From Hormiphora californensis (taxonomy: Eukaryota > Animalia > Ctenophora), in the NCBI GenBank assembly GCA_020137815.1, contig CM035355.1, forward strand, positions 2,790,001 through 2,854,000: a stretch of DNA of 64,000 nt, written 5' to 3'. Positions 1-12,889 of this stretch are shown piece after piece (positions within the stretch are counted from its first letter, which is position 1; every line of letters begins with the position of its first letter). The translations under genes and the position numbers were made by a program. The notes beneath the pieces were generated by a model. The model was not told the DNA's origin, made no database searches, and was given only the letters and a program-made list of their open reading frames with translations.

Positions 1-889
1 ATCTCTTTGAAGGCGATAGAGAGAGGGGAAGAGTGAGCGGGAAAGCTTCCCTCTCTCTCTCCCTCTTTCTATATCTATCTCTGCCTTGTCCACGTGTCGC
101 ATTATTCCCTGGTGAATATCCCAAACCTCACTTGGATGAGGTGGCCTCACAGAAAACTATGCAGATACAGTTACTACACACTGGGCTCACTCAATTTTCC
201 GCTTCCTTTCTCTAAATTTCTCTTTCTCTCTCTATCTCTTAATTCAGCTGTCAGACTCTATCGAGGGTTCATGACATGTTCCTCTCTCTAAGTTTTTTCT
301 CTCACGCTGTCAGATTTGACATACTATGGCAGTGAAATATCACGCGTACAAATATTTGACAGTGAAATTATAATGGTGTTATCTGATTAGATAACGCACT
401 GAGAAATAAATGCCCCCCCCCACCCCCCCAAAGTAGCCCACTTTCGTCTGGGTCGGTTAATAAATCAAACTTTACAAGACCACGAGACACAAGTTTTTAC
501 CTTGCACAACCCTCTCTGTAAGAGAGAGTTAGATAGAACATTGAGGCTTGAGAGAGGGTCGTGCAAGAGAAAATCACGTGTTGTTAGTGGCTAATGGTAT
601 CAAGTAACCTCCCTAGAGAATTGCTAACGACTTGCATAATTGGAAGACCTAGTCTAGCATCTCAAATTTCAACATACCGCGTCCACTAACTTTACCAGAT
701 CAATTTACCACATCCCGCCAACTTCAATCATAAATCATAATTCCCCATTCCTACCAGCCCATCTCTCCAACTAACCCCAATTGATCCCTTCATTCCCCAC
801 CCCTTCCTCCCCCTTCATTCCCCACCCCCTAACCCCCTAGCATTTCTCCCCCTTATTCCCAATGCCCTAACCCCCTTTCCCGTTTTCAG

Positions 890-3800
890 TAGTACGAGTC
901 TGGATATGTACAAGATGTCCAATTCCCTACTCCCTCTGACGATGAATCCAATGGTAACCCTCCCTCTCTCAGTTTGTAGCTTTATAGTACCATAGAGACA
1001 ATCTCATTATATTTATATATTTGTATTTTTTAGACCGCTGGCAAGCTCCGATACCGGGACAATATAACACACAATATTTGTGTTTGATTTTTAGTTAATT
1101 TATTGGTTTTATTTCAGAATGATATATTTGTATTTCACCAGATTTCTTTGTTCCCCACAACTAGTGGTTTTCATGTGATTGCACCTAATATACTGCTAAG
1201 GCAGATGTGTGCGTACACATTACACCCCCTGCTGTTTGTTTGTCTGTCTGTCTGTCGGTTTATCTGTTTGTTTGTTGGTTCGTTTTTCTGTCTGCACTGC
1301 TTGTTCGTTTATCTCTCTGGACTCTGTCTGTCTGTCTGTCGGTTTGTTCGTCTGTTTGTCAGTCCATACACCAACTTTCAGCTGCCCATTGAGCTTAGAT
1401 GGTTTGTAATTGATGATTTCATTTATTGTTGCTGTGGTCTGTATGTATGTGTGTTCGTGAGAATTCCCATTAGGCTGTTTCTGTATCGAGCCGGTATCTA
1501 CCACTTAGCTTGCATCTTTTCTCTAATTGTATTCTCTATCTCTATAACAATCTCTCTCAGTACGTGCCAGCATCTTAGATGTCACGTGTGGCTAAAGAGT
1601 GTGCGTCAGTAGCGTGTGTTCGTTGTGTCCCCATAACAAAGCCCTAACAGGTGATCCAGTCTCCTCAACGTGGCTCTATCCCATCAGATGGCCTAATTCT
1701 CTACTGCTGGTTAATCAGAGATATATCCCTTCTTCTTCTCCTCACACTATGACGTGTGTCAGGTTTTAACATTTGTTTAGTTATTAAAAGTAAAGAGACA
1801 ATGATGTGAAAATAATAAATTGAACAATATATCGTGACGTCACGAAATGACGTGGGTTTGTGTTCGAGAACGTTTCAAGAAGAAAGAAATCCAAGACAAG
1901 GAGGGAAAGAAGAATAAGAAGAGAGATCGGAGCTTGCCAAGCTAAAAAGTGTGTGTAAATGTTTATTTAGTGTGAGAGAAGGCCGGTTATTTATTCCTAA
2001 TCGCTGTTTTATTAGTCGAGATATTTATTGATGCTATAAAACTTTGATAATTCCCCTTTTGCGCCATTCTCTGACTGTGGGTGGGCGGTTAAGCGGTTAT
2101 ATCCCGTTACCCTCCCCTCACATCCTGCGTGTCATCAGGGTAACGATTTGAGCAAGGTTGAAGGAACAGAGGATGATAAATTGAAAGCTATGATGATGCA
2201 ACAAGCCCTCACATACGACACAACAGTGTAAGTCAGCGCACACACGACTAGCAGGATTACACGCGCACACACGACTAGCAGGAATTAGACGCGCAGTCTT
2301 TTACAAAGCGCACAGTTGTAAGCAGTCCTTTCTAATACTGTCTCTCAGGAATAACAGACGTTCTAACCGCCGTCCTGAGCCTGAAGATGAGGAGATCCCG
2401 ATGAACTACATTTGCCATCGATGCAGTAAACCTGGCCATCTCATCAAGAACTGTCCTACTAACGGGGTAAGAACCTGCTGGGGTTCCTTCAGGAAGGACC
2501 TGGAGTGTAGGGTGTGGTCGGGTGATGCGCGTTATAGCGCCGCGCACTGAACCGGTTGGCTGTCAGATGTGTTGAAATCATTTCTCTCTGTTGAGATCAT
2601 CTCTCTCTGCCAGCCAAACGAGTGATATGAGTAGCATGTGACTTGTGATCTCTCTCGTTTGGCTGTCAGTAGCCTACAATGATCTATATCGTTTGGTTGC
2701 CAGGAGTTAAATCATAACAACTCATTTTCTCTCAGAATTCACTATACGATTCAACACGGCCAAGAACTGGCCCTAAGAAAATCAACTTGAACCTGAGAAA
2801 GACTGAGAAAGTCCCTGAGATTTCTGCAGAAGAGAAAAAGTGAGTCAAGACTACAGAAAAACTGTACTACTTTTGCCTGAAAACTTGCTATGAGTAGCCC
2901 CATTTAAACCCCCTCCCTAACCTCTCCCTCTTCTGAAGAGAATTCCCTTCCCCTTAATCTATCTTCCCTAACCTACCCTTCCTAACCGATCCTCCCTAAC
3001 CTCTCCTCCCTAACCTCTCCCTCTCACTATCCTCCCTAATCTCTCCTTCCTCTCAGGAGAATGGCCCAGGCCCAAAGGAACACCCAAGACAAAGTGAGGA
3101 GTCTGGGTGAAGCTACTTACACTAACATCCCCCCGGAAATGAAATGTCCTATTTGTAAACAGCTAATGGAGGAGGCCAGTCTCAGCCCTTGCTGTGGTCA
3201 AAGTTTCTGTGATGAATGTACGTGGGTTCTGTTATCAGTTCTTGGAAATTGATTTTCTTAGCCCGGCTCAATATCATATGGCCGCTTGTGTTATCTATCT
3301 ATAATTCTCAATTCTACCCTTTGGTTACCTAAGGCCCTACTATCTATAATTCTCCCCACGGTCACCTAAACTCCCTCTCTGACCCTCTGCCTTACTCGAA
3401 TATTACAACTCTGAACCCTCCTCTACCTCCCTTCCCAGGTATTCGAGAGTTTCGTGTTAGAGGAGGGTATGTGTCCTGTTTGTCAAGAGGACGTCCTACC
3501 TGATAAACTTAATCAGTAACAAAGCACTCCGTACTACTATCTCTAAATATAAGAAGGAACATCAGGACCAAGTAGCCCGCCTTGTCTCAGAATGCCACAT
3601 CCAGTAAGTGTGAGGGGTTCGTTGGGTAACTGTAGGTATACATGGCTGAGCAGTGAGCGCCCTGATACTCTTACCCTCTCTCACCACTGTTGTTCTAACC
3701 TCTCTCACCGATTACAAGAACATAACAAGTAGTCATTATTTTACCATTTCACTCCCCTTTCCAGGCCGAAAAGTAGAGAATCAACCCCGAAGCCTGCTGA

Positions 3801-5731
3801 AACTAACAACCATGCTAAACCCGCTGCAAAGGAGGAACCAGTCCAACCCCAACTAGTCCTACCGGAACAACCCAAACCATTCGTCTCCCTCCCCATGGGT
3901 GTAATTCCCGCTAATTTCTATCCTGGTGGTCATGTTGCAGTATCCATGCCTATGATGGTTGGTATGCCTGGTGCCATGCCACTTCCTGGCACAATGCCAG
4001 TCATACCCTCCACCATCCTAGAGAAACCTCCCCCTCCTGTTGCAATTTTACCTGCTGCTGATGAAAAACCTCAGGTAAACTCATTTTACTCTTTGGCTCA
4101 GTCGATCTCCAGCCTCACCTCGACCCCACAATATTGTCTCCGTACTCGTTATCACCTTTCAGTTCTAACAGAATCCCTTTCACAGGTTGAAACTAAAGTG
4201 TTACCGGCAGCCCAGTCTGTGGCCCCTCCTCCTCCCATACTGCCCCAGATCCCAACCTACACAGTGGCACCCACTACTGCCGTCCTGCCCCTCCCCATGC
4301 CCCCTATGTTGGGAGGTGGTCTGCTACCCCCGCCCCAACCTCTACCAGAACAGCCCCTACCAGCTCCCACTACCACTTCAAATGATGATAGGATCTTGGA
4401 TCAACACGAGTTCTATGCCATTCAACGTGAACTGAGAAGGTGGGTGTTAGAGCGAGGGTATTACCCCCGAATTACCAACATGATCTGTATTTTGTTTGAA
4501 TCTCGCTCTCGGCCCCAGATCGAGCACTCTCTGCATTAGGTGCCCTCTCACTGTGTTCCGTTCTAGTCCTAACATCACTTTATTTTTCAGATTACAGAAC
4601 CGCCGTGGCTCCCATTCACCACCATCCCGGAGACCCAGAAGGACCTCTCCGCCAACCCGGCACCACCGTGGAGGATCAACCCGCCGCCACCGGGCGAGGA
4701 CCCCACCCCGACACAGAATATCTAGGAGTCCTCCCAGGAACCACAGATCATCAGGAACCCCACCCAGACATAAATCATCCAGGGCACGACTGGAACGGAA
4801 GGTTCGGAACGAGAGATACAGTGAGGCATCCCTCTCTCCACCCCCTCGACACCACTCGGATCATAGTGCTGTTAGTGCAGAGGAACCTGTCAGGGAGAAG
4901 TCTAAGAAGGAACACAAGAAGAAAAAGAGTAAGAGGAAGATTAGTGATGAAACTCCTAAAAATATCGCCAAACCGCGTGTTGCTAGTCCCTCTCCGGAGC
5001 GACCTCCTACACCACCTACATCCTCCCCTCCTGTTGCCACCCCTGAGAAGTCCAGCCCCCGAGAGGGAACCCCTGCTGGTACCCCCACTGCCAAGGGAGG
5101 GGAGACACCCCAGTACACTAATGGACGGAAGGATGATGAAGTCTCACTAGATCTCAACCAGAGCGATAGGGATGTGGAGGGGAGTGAGAGTGAGAGCAGG
5201 ATTGGAGAGCTGAAGAAGAAGATGGAGGAAGTGTCCATGAAACTGAAGATGAAGGAGCAGAAGAAGGCAGAGAAAAAGAAGAAGAAGAAGAAGAGTAAAG
5301 ATAAGGGGAAGGATAGTGAAGAAGAAGATGAGGAGGAGGTGAAGAAAGACAAAAAGAAGAAGAAAAAGAAGCACAAAAAGAAGAAGAGGGAGGAAGAGTT
5401 GGAGGAGGGTGAGATCAGTTCGGGTAAAAAGAGGAAGAGATCGAACAGTAGTGAGCCGGAGAAAGAGGATCACGAAGAGGAGAAAAGGAAGAAGAAAAAG
5501 AAGAAGCACAAGCACTCCAAGGAGACATCAAGTAAAGACGACTCGAAGGAGGAGGTCAAGATCAAGATGAATTTCACCCGAATTAGAGAGATGGACTCTA
5601 AAATGGGTAGTTCAGATCGGAGAGTGAAGGTTGAGGTATCGCCGTTAAAGAAGAAAACCCAGAAAAAGAAGAGTTCGAAGCATCGTGTAGCTAGGCAGGC
5701 TGTTTCTGCTATAGAGGATGATATCCAGTGA
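890..5731 (+). CDS. RBBP6: RBBP6/Mpe1-family E3 ligase and cleavage-polyadenylation factor; multi-exon, 5' DWNN domain lies upstream of the window
   Basis: Exon 2140-2227 reads GNDLSKVEGTEDDKLKAMMMQQALTYD. Exon near 2350-2466 has the zinc knuckle YICHRCSKPGHLIKNCPTNG. RING IPPEMKCPICKQLMEEASLSPCCGQSFCDEC lies at 3057-3217. Pro-rich, RS-rich and Lys/Glu-rich regions follow, to a stop at 5731. GT-AG boundaries are present. Apparent 1-nt indels near 3450-3600 and 3780-3860. Confidence 0.88.
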
Positions 5732-6343
5732 CTTTACTAAAGCTGTATTTTTGTACCACAGATTTAAGTGACTGTCTAGCTTCTACCTGACCCCCCTCCC
5801 GTTCTCCTAGAGGGAGGGGGCCGGGTAGACGCTAGACAATGACAGTGATCGAGAGTAGGGTAGATCTCTTTCTCGTTTTTTACCGGAACTTTTTTTTTTC
5901 GTTAGGACAAGTTTATCTAAATCCTGCATATTTGGGGATGACTGACAGAGAGATAACGTGTGTATGTGTGAGGCTAATATTTGTCCGTTTTATGTAATTT
6001 ATTTCAGATTTCCAACGACTTCTTTTAGAGGAATATAACTCGTTTAAAGTGTTACAGTTCAGTGCACTGTCCCAGCTTGTTCACCCCTGTTCCAATCCTA
6101 CTGGTGCAGCAGTAGGGATGGAACAGCAGTACTGGGGCAATGCACTATCAAATGTTGGGGATGGCTGGACAAGGAAATAATCAAACCCGCATTTCATTCA
6201 TGAATAGGTTTCGAAAAAATACACAATATTTACACATCTCATTCACAACACACACGCTGCTGGTTTTAACAGTTCTGATCATTGTTCATTTTCGACTGAG
6301 CTAATCACACCCTGTAGGGCCATATGTGTTTCGTCACTGCGTC

Positions 6344-7540
6344 TCACTCTCCTTCATTTTGTTTAGTTCTGCATTCCTCTTCTTGTCGATCACCTCCATC
6401 TCACGAATGTACTGAAAAAGAGGGAATATTTGGGAGCTTTCCAAATATATATTTGGGAGCTGACTCAATATCGGCGATATCGGGGAAGTTTAGGGAACAG
6501 AAGTCAGAAATAAATTGATATACCTGAGAAATCTCTGTTTCAATCTGTTTCCGGTATTGTTCCCCCTGTCCAAGAGACTCCATCTCTTTCAGGAACTCTC
6601 TCCTTTCATTGATCTCATCTTGGACTGAGAGAATTATATTGGTTAGATACTGGGAGTGGGACTGGAAAATATGATCCATTGAATCCCAAAACTCCAACAT
6701 CACTCGGTCCGACTCACTTTCATCAAATCTGTCTTTGATTGGACGAATGACCACGGGCTTGGGTTTTGGTTTGGGAAGTGGCTTGTCTGTTCCAAAGACA
6801 AGAATGTCCGTTAATCGTTCCTTTTCTTTCGCTGAGTTGTATTCTGCAAGAGAAGAAATACTCAGCTCGAGATTGTCGCGATCCGAGGCCGGGGAGTTTG
6901 TTTTGAAATACTTTTCCCACGCCGCGCAGAAAGAAGAACAAACACTGCTGAAATGGGATGGTTTCATTACAAGTGTCTTGTCGCGCGCTCCTTACTGGAA
7001 GGTGCCGGTCTAAAAGGCTCAGTGTCATCTTCAGCGATCTCTTGTTCGATTGTGTCACGTGACTTTAAACCAGAGGGTCGCTGAACAACCTTGGTCTTCT
7101 TCTTCTTGATGTATGATGGTCCATCTTCACTGTGGGCTGGGTTGACTCTGGTCGGTAGCATACCACCACCTGGCAGGGGAGAGACATTATTGGTCAATTG
7201 CGTACCTCATGGCCCCATTTAATTTTACTTGAAGAGTCAGAGATGATAGGGTAAACGCTAATTTGAACCTGTAAACTCCAGAAACTAAGGGTACTGAGGT
7301 CACAGTAAATTGTTACAGTTACCTTTCATTGAGTCCTTGATGACTCTCTGTTGAAAGTTTGTTAGTTTAGACTCCTTCATCATATCTGAAACGAGATAGA
7401 CGATTAGAAAGAGCGACATCATTGAAATGGAACAAACAAAAGAAGAAGGGATTGTTCATACTTTTCAGTAAGTCCGCAGTTTCCTTGCTGTATTGTGCTT
7501 TCTGCTGGTTACCAAACATGCCCCCTTGTCTCACAGACAT
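6344..7540 (-). CDS. UPF0193 / EVG1 (C22orf23-like) protein, multi-exon
   Basis: Joined exons read MSVRQGGMFGNQQKAQYSKETADLLK / MMKESKLTNFQQRVIKDSMK ... DEINERREFLKEMESLGQGEQYRKQIETEISQ / YIREMEVIDKKRNAELNKNEGE*, matching the N- and C-terminal UPF0193 motifs. Confidence 0.82.
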
Positions 7541-7790
7541 GACTTAACTGCTATACTGCACGTGAGAAGTGTCAGACAAATTATCGGGGTACTGGGTATA
7601 ACAACTGGGGGAGTGCTGAGTAGGTCTGCAAGGCGGACCACTTTTATGGTAAATATGTTAGGGGAGGGGGAGCTGGCTGGGTAACATATTCCATCAAATG
7701 AACTGGTTGGTTGGTTTCATGGAATTGGATTATTTGGACCGCTATTGAATTAGTACAGATCCAGTAAACTGTGAGTGTGAAGTGAGGTCT

Positions 7791-7806
7791 GAAACTCCAT
7801 GGCAAC
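7791..7806. promoter_or_regulatory. Imperfect RFX X-box between divergent genes
   Basis: Minus strand reads GTTGCCATGGAG, about 260 bp upstream of the UPF0193 start codon. Confidence 0.35.
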
Positions 7807-7856
7807 AGTGGTGTCCCCTTACAGCTAGGCAGGGTTTGTGACACAACGTGATAAAT

Positions 7857-9816
7857 ATGTTGCTCTTTTCTGCTATGTTCACTTGTCTCCTCTCTCTAGG
7901 TCAGTACTACTACACTCTTTAGTATTATTAAGTTGATTTTAATCTCTAAAAATAGGCCCCTATCCCTAAAAATTGTGTATTTATTACTTATGCTTTCAGT
8001 TGCTGTGACCTGTATTGGACGTCGTCAGAAGACCAATATTGTAAAGGTGGAAGAGATCAGAAAACCGAGGGCAACTTCTCTCGGAGAGGTAACTACTTAC
8101 TTACTTACTTGTAATCTGAGTCTCTTCCAGACTTCTAAAATAACTTGACCGCCCGCAGAGCGTTAGCGGAGTGCGTCTTAGATATCGTAGGCAAAGTTTT
8201 ATGCCTTTGGTCCAGTTAGGTTATGTCAATTTTTTGTGAGACAAGCTCATGGTATGACTAGTTGAAGGGGGGGGGGTGACACGTAACACTTTGTAACACT
8301 TTGTAACATGTAACGTGCACAAAAAGTTTTCTGCACATGTTACAAAGTGTTACATAGTGTTACAAAGTGTTACATAGTGTAACAAAGTGTTACATAGTGT
8401 TACATAGTGTTACAAAGTGTTACAAAGTGTTACAAAGTGTTACATAGTGTTACATAGTGTTACAAAGTGTTACATAGTGTTACAAAGTGTTACATAGTGT
8501 TACAAAGTGTTACAAAGTGTCACAAAGTGTTACAAATTGTTACAAAGTGTTACAAATTGTTACAAATTGTTACAAAGTGTTACAAATTGTTACAAAACAC
8601 AAGGATTTGTAGCGAAGCAAATTTTCAACGGTTGGTGAATAAGTAATTTGAACGACTTTGGTGTCTTTCTAGAACACATCTAAAAGTTTTAAATCATTTC
8701 TAGGGTTAAAACATACACTTTTTTACTAATTTGCGGATGTTTTGAGCCTCCGATGTCATCGACTGTGGAAATCAGGGCTGAAATAGTCCATTTGGTAAAG
8801 AAAAATATGAACTTTAGACAACGGTAAAGTTTTTAGAGTGATATTAGAAGTATTGTGCCTCTCAGAGGCCCCCAATGTGCTGAGTCACCTGTGAGTTGTG
8901 ACCCAATTGACTTTTTTTCATAGGTAATCGATTCTTTGTACTTAATAAAATGATATACGACGTTTCTGTTGGAAAAAGAAATAAAATTTTTCCAAAATCA
9001 ATTTTTTGGTCAAAGATTGAAAATGTGCTTCGCTACAAATCCTTGTGTTTTTGTAACAATTTGTAACACTTTGTAACAATTTGTAACACTTTGTGACACT
9101 ATGTAACACTTTGTGACACTTTGTAACACTATGTAACAATTTGTAACACTTTGTAACACTATGTAACACTTTGTAACACTATGTAACACTTTGTAACACT
9201 TTGTAACACTATGTAACACTTTGTAACACTATGTAACACTTTGTAACACTATGTAACACTTTGTAACACTATGTAACACTTTGTAACACTATGTAACACT
9301 TTGTAACACTATGTAACACTTTGTAACATGTAACGTGCACAAAAAGTTTTCTGCACATGTTACAAAGTGTTACAAAGTGTTACGTGTCACCCCCCCCCTT
9401 GAAGACATAACAGGACTAATAACTGCAGTTAAAATTAGTGTCGGGGAATAACCGCTATTTCGATTCTTTAAACCTTTCCACTCCTGCAGGTAAAATACAG
9501 GTTCTCAAGGAAGCACAAGTTACACAGGAAGGTAGCGACACGACGAGTTGTGCCTAGGTCATCTGTTGAGCCTAGGTCATCTGTTGTGCTTAGGTCATCT
9601 GCTGTGCCTAGGTCATCTGCTGTGTCGACTAGGTCATCTGTTGAGCCTAGGTCATCTGTCGTGTCGACTAGGTCATCTGTACAGCACACCAACCTACGGA
9701 GAAAGAACAGTTTGAGCAGCCCGAACCTGCTGACAGTGAGCCACAGTGGGGCGAGGAAGGACAGACCTCGGCCTCGTTCACATAGCGGAACATGGGGTGT
9801 TACTCAGATAAATTAG
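7857..9816 (+). CDS. Predicted 3-exon orphan protein (~152 aa): N-terminal hydrophobic segment, basic region and (V/E)PRSS repeats
   Basis: Exons 7857-7899, 8000-8088 and 9490-9816 join in frame through GT-AG introns (phase 1, then phase 0): MLLFSAMFTCLLSLVAVTCIGRRQK...(VPRSS)n...RRKNSLSSPNL...TQIN*. There is an in-frame stop upstream of the ATG. No homologue recognised. Confidence 0.5.
8268..9398. mobile_element. Non-autonomous foldback DNA transposon, copy 1
   Basis: Termini G9-TGACACGT...ACGTGTCA-C9. Inverted arrays of the 10-mer TGTTACA(A/T)AG surround a ~450-bp unique core. TSD TTGAAG at 8262-8267 and 9399-9404. Confidence 0.9.
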
Positions 9817-9963
9817 TGACAATTCGTTCAGCTTGGGGTGAATCAACATTCCCCTTTTTGTTAGAAACAATAGATCTATCAGACCGAGAACTAACACTCA
9901 GTTTCCTTCACTAAAATTTAGGTTTACTCTGATATACTGACTGTAAATTGTAAAATAATAATA

Positions 9964-10313
9964 GGGTAGCGACTGGCTATTTGAAATGGCGGCTAATTTG
10001 AAACACCCCCCTCTACAGGTTGGTGATGACACCCCCTTTGCAGGTTTCGTTTAGCCGCGATGCGCTCGGCTAGTGTAGGGGTGACTGCGTCACCAACTCT
10101 ACATGCCAGCAGTTGGTGACGCGGCCACCCCTACACAGGCCGCGCGAATCACCAATGCCAGCAGATGCACCAGATTTGGATTTTTTTACATCAGTGGGCC
10201 ATTCAGAACTCATGCCAAGCCCACTGATGTCTAAATCCAAATCTGGTGCACCTGCTGGCCTGTAGAGGGGGTGTTTCAAATTAGCCGCCATTTCAAATAG
10301 CCAGTCGCTACCC
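9964..10313. mobile_element. MITE with ~55-bp terminal inverted repeats (TIRs) and internal hairpins
   Basis: GGGTAGCGACTGGCTATTTGAAATGGCGGCTAATTTGAAACACCCCC... is inverted at 10259-10313, with TA flanks. An internal segment recurs at 26761-26822. Confidence 0.8.
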
Positions 10314-10749
10314 TATCAATCATTTTTAACTCGCACGAAAGTCCATTTAACTATTCGTATTAATTATTGAACGCCGTTGTAACGATAGTATCCAATTCCA
10401 TTGATGATGATGTCACACCGGCCAGCCAACGGTCCTCATAGTGGGGAAAATGGGGGGGTGCGCGGCGTCGTTTTTCGATTTGCGCGTCGGAGCGCGCTGC
10501 GCGTTTTGTAGATTTTGAAAATTTTTGTCGATTTCGAAATTCCAAGCTCAATTTGACCCAGACTTTTTTAAAAAAAGTGTGCATTTTTTAAAAAAAGTGT
10601 GCATTTTTGTTTTGACTTTTGCTTTTCTAAGAACGAATTCCCAAACAATAAAAAACCTTCGTAAAGGCGAATTTATGATTCTCCCGTCATTGATAAGTAA
10701 AAAATACCAGCAAACAGTCTATGGTATGCGATTGGTTGTCCTCTGACCG

Positions 10750-12540
10750 TCAGGCCCTATTTGGAATTCTGGAAAAAAGGGCATATATGGCGTCTGGCGA
10801 GTACATACTAAACTTTGCAGTTACTATACAATTGATGGAAGAGGTGGAGTTGGAGGGTTATGTGAATAAAAAAGGTTTGTTCTAGGTATTGACTTCAAGC
10901 CACGGCTCTCTTTTCATTTCTTCCCCTTCTTGTCAGCACGGGTCCACTGACAGAAGTGTCAAAATGGGTAATGGGCTACCAAAAACGAATTTCTAACGAC
11001 CAAATCCCATTCAGGAGTACCTCTAGCTATTAAAATGTGCCACCACCGGGCACCGAGAGTTACGATGGTGTGTAATCCACAGTCAACGGAGTGTTCGACT
11101 ACCACATGCGGCATGGGACAGTCCACTTCTTCTGTTGACCCTCATCTGGAGATATCTCCATGATAGGTTAGTGTGTTATGCGTACAGCTACCCCAAGCGC
11201 CACTACCCCTTCCCTTCCCTTCCCTTCCCTTCCCTTCCCTTCCCTTCCCTTCCCTTCCCTTCCCTTCCCTTCCCTTCCCTTCCCTTCCCTTCCCTTCCCT
11301 TCCCTTCCCTTCCCTTCCCTTCCCTTCCCTTCCCTTCCCTTCCCTTCCCTTCCCTTCCCTTCCCTTCCCTTCCCTTCCCTTCCCTTCCCTTCCCTTCCCT
11401 TCCCTTCCCTTCCCTTCCCTTCCCTTCCCTTCCCTTCCCTTCCCTTCCCTTCCCTTCCCTTCCCTTCCCTTCCCTTCCCTTCCCTTCTCTTCCCTTCCCT
11501 TCCCTTCTCTTCCCCTCCCTTCTCTTCCCCTCCCTTCTCTTCCCCTCCCTTCTCTTCCCCTCCCTTCTCTTCCCCTCCCTTCTCTTCCCCTCCCTTCTCT
11601 TCCCCTCCCTTCTCTTCCCCTCTCTTCTCTTCCCCTCCCTTCTCTTCCCCTCCCTTCTCTTCCCCTCCCTTCTCTTCCCCTCCCTTCTCTTCCCCTCCCT
11701 TCTCTTCCCCTCCCTTCTCTTCCCCTCCCTTCTCTTCCCCTCCCTTCTCTTCCCCTCCCTTCTCTTCCCCTCCCTTCTCTTCCCCTCCCTTCTCTTCCCC
11801 TCCCTTCTCTTCCCCTCCCTTCTCTTCCCCTCCCTTCTCTTCCCCTCCCTTCTCTTCCCCTCCCTTCTCTTCCCCTCCCTTCTCTTCCCCTCCCTTCCTC
11901 CCTAAATTCTCCCTAAATTCTCCCTAAATTCTCCCTAATTTATCCCTAATTTATTCCTAATTTATCCCCAATTTTTCCCTAATTTATCCCTAATTTATCC
12001 CTAAATTCTCCCTAAATTCTCCCTAAATTCTCCCTAAATTCTCCCTAAATTCTCCCTAAATTCTCCCTAAATTCTCGCTAATTTATCCCTAATTTATTCC
12101 TAATCTATTCCTAATTTATTCCTAATTTATCCCTAATTTATCCCTAAATTATCCCTAATTTATCCCTAATTCATTCCTAATTTATTCCTAATTTATCCCT
12201 AATTTATCCCTAAATTCTCCCTAAATTCTCCTTGTTTTGTTCAAACAAATTCTCCCTAAACTCTCCCTAAACTCTCCCTAAATTCTCCCTAAATTCTCCC
12301 TAATTTATCCCTAATTTCTCCCTAATTTCTCCCTAATTTCCCCTAATTTGGTAACTTCTTCTGTTATTGTAACCCCTAATCCCCAATTCCATTTTTAGGT
12401 GTGATTGGAGGAGTGGTGACTGTAATCCTTTAAATTGTTGGATTCTTGCTATTTAATTGATGAGAGACAGGAAAACACAGCTATATATACCGCAAAGTGA
12501 TGGAGCACATCTTGGTCCAGATAGATCAGCCATCGGGTGT
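10750..12540 (+). pseudogene. Possible decayed single-pass membrane protein gene
   Basis: Exon-like blocks with AG/GT ends. The junction from 11165 to 12399 gives SMIG/VIGGVVTVIL*IVGFLLFN**, a transmembrane-like segment with in-frame stops. Confidence 0.25.
11207..12347. repeat. Composite satellite: (TTCCC)n, then a 15-mer derivative, then (CCCTAAATTCT)n-like units
   Basis: Directly visible tandem arrays, switching unit at about 11490 and 11900. Confidence 0.95.
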
Positions 12541-12889
12541 ATCTTTTGCCCAGCTTATTATACTGTTTACTTCAATTGACTGTTTTTTAATTTCTATAAA
12601 TGTGTGGTGGGGGGAGGGCTCCCGTATTAAAACCTTATTTCCGAGAGTGCTCGGATGTACATGATAAATGCGCTCTCTGTCGCCAAAAGTACACTGTGCT
12701 ATAAGGCACTTAAAACAACCAATTACTTCAGTAGTGTCCTCTCTCTCAGTCTTCCTCTGAACCCTCGAAGTGAAAGAGTGACACTCCTCGCCATGGAAAA
12801 AGATAATCTCAAGCGAATTTAACTCACAATCTTTGTATCTTTGTTCCGCAAGAAGCGGGAGAATTCTCTCTTGTATATAAATGTGATGA

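Noticed and set aside
1103-1612. Hydrophobic ORFs in the RBBP6 intron
   Set aside because: Derived from (TGTC/TGTT)n simple repeats.
3440-3870. Frameshifts in RBBP6 as recoding or pseudogenisation
   Set aside because: Several single-base insertions in a conserved gene fit long-read consensus error better.
4861-5515. Minus-strand Phe/Leu-rich ORFs
   Set aside because: Antisense shadows of the Lys/Glu-rich RBBP6 exon.
11135-11927. Long ORFs of PSLPF-type repeats
   Set aside because: Produced by a pyrimidine microsatellite that has no stop codons.
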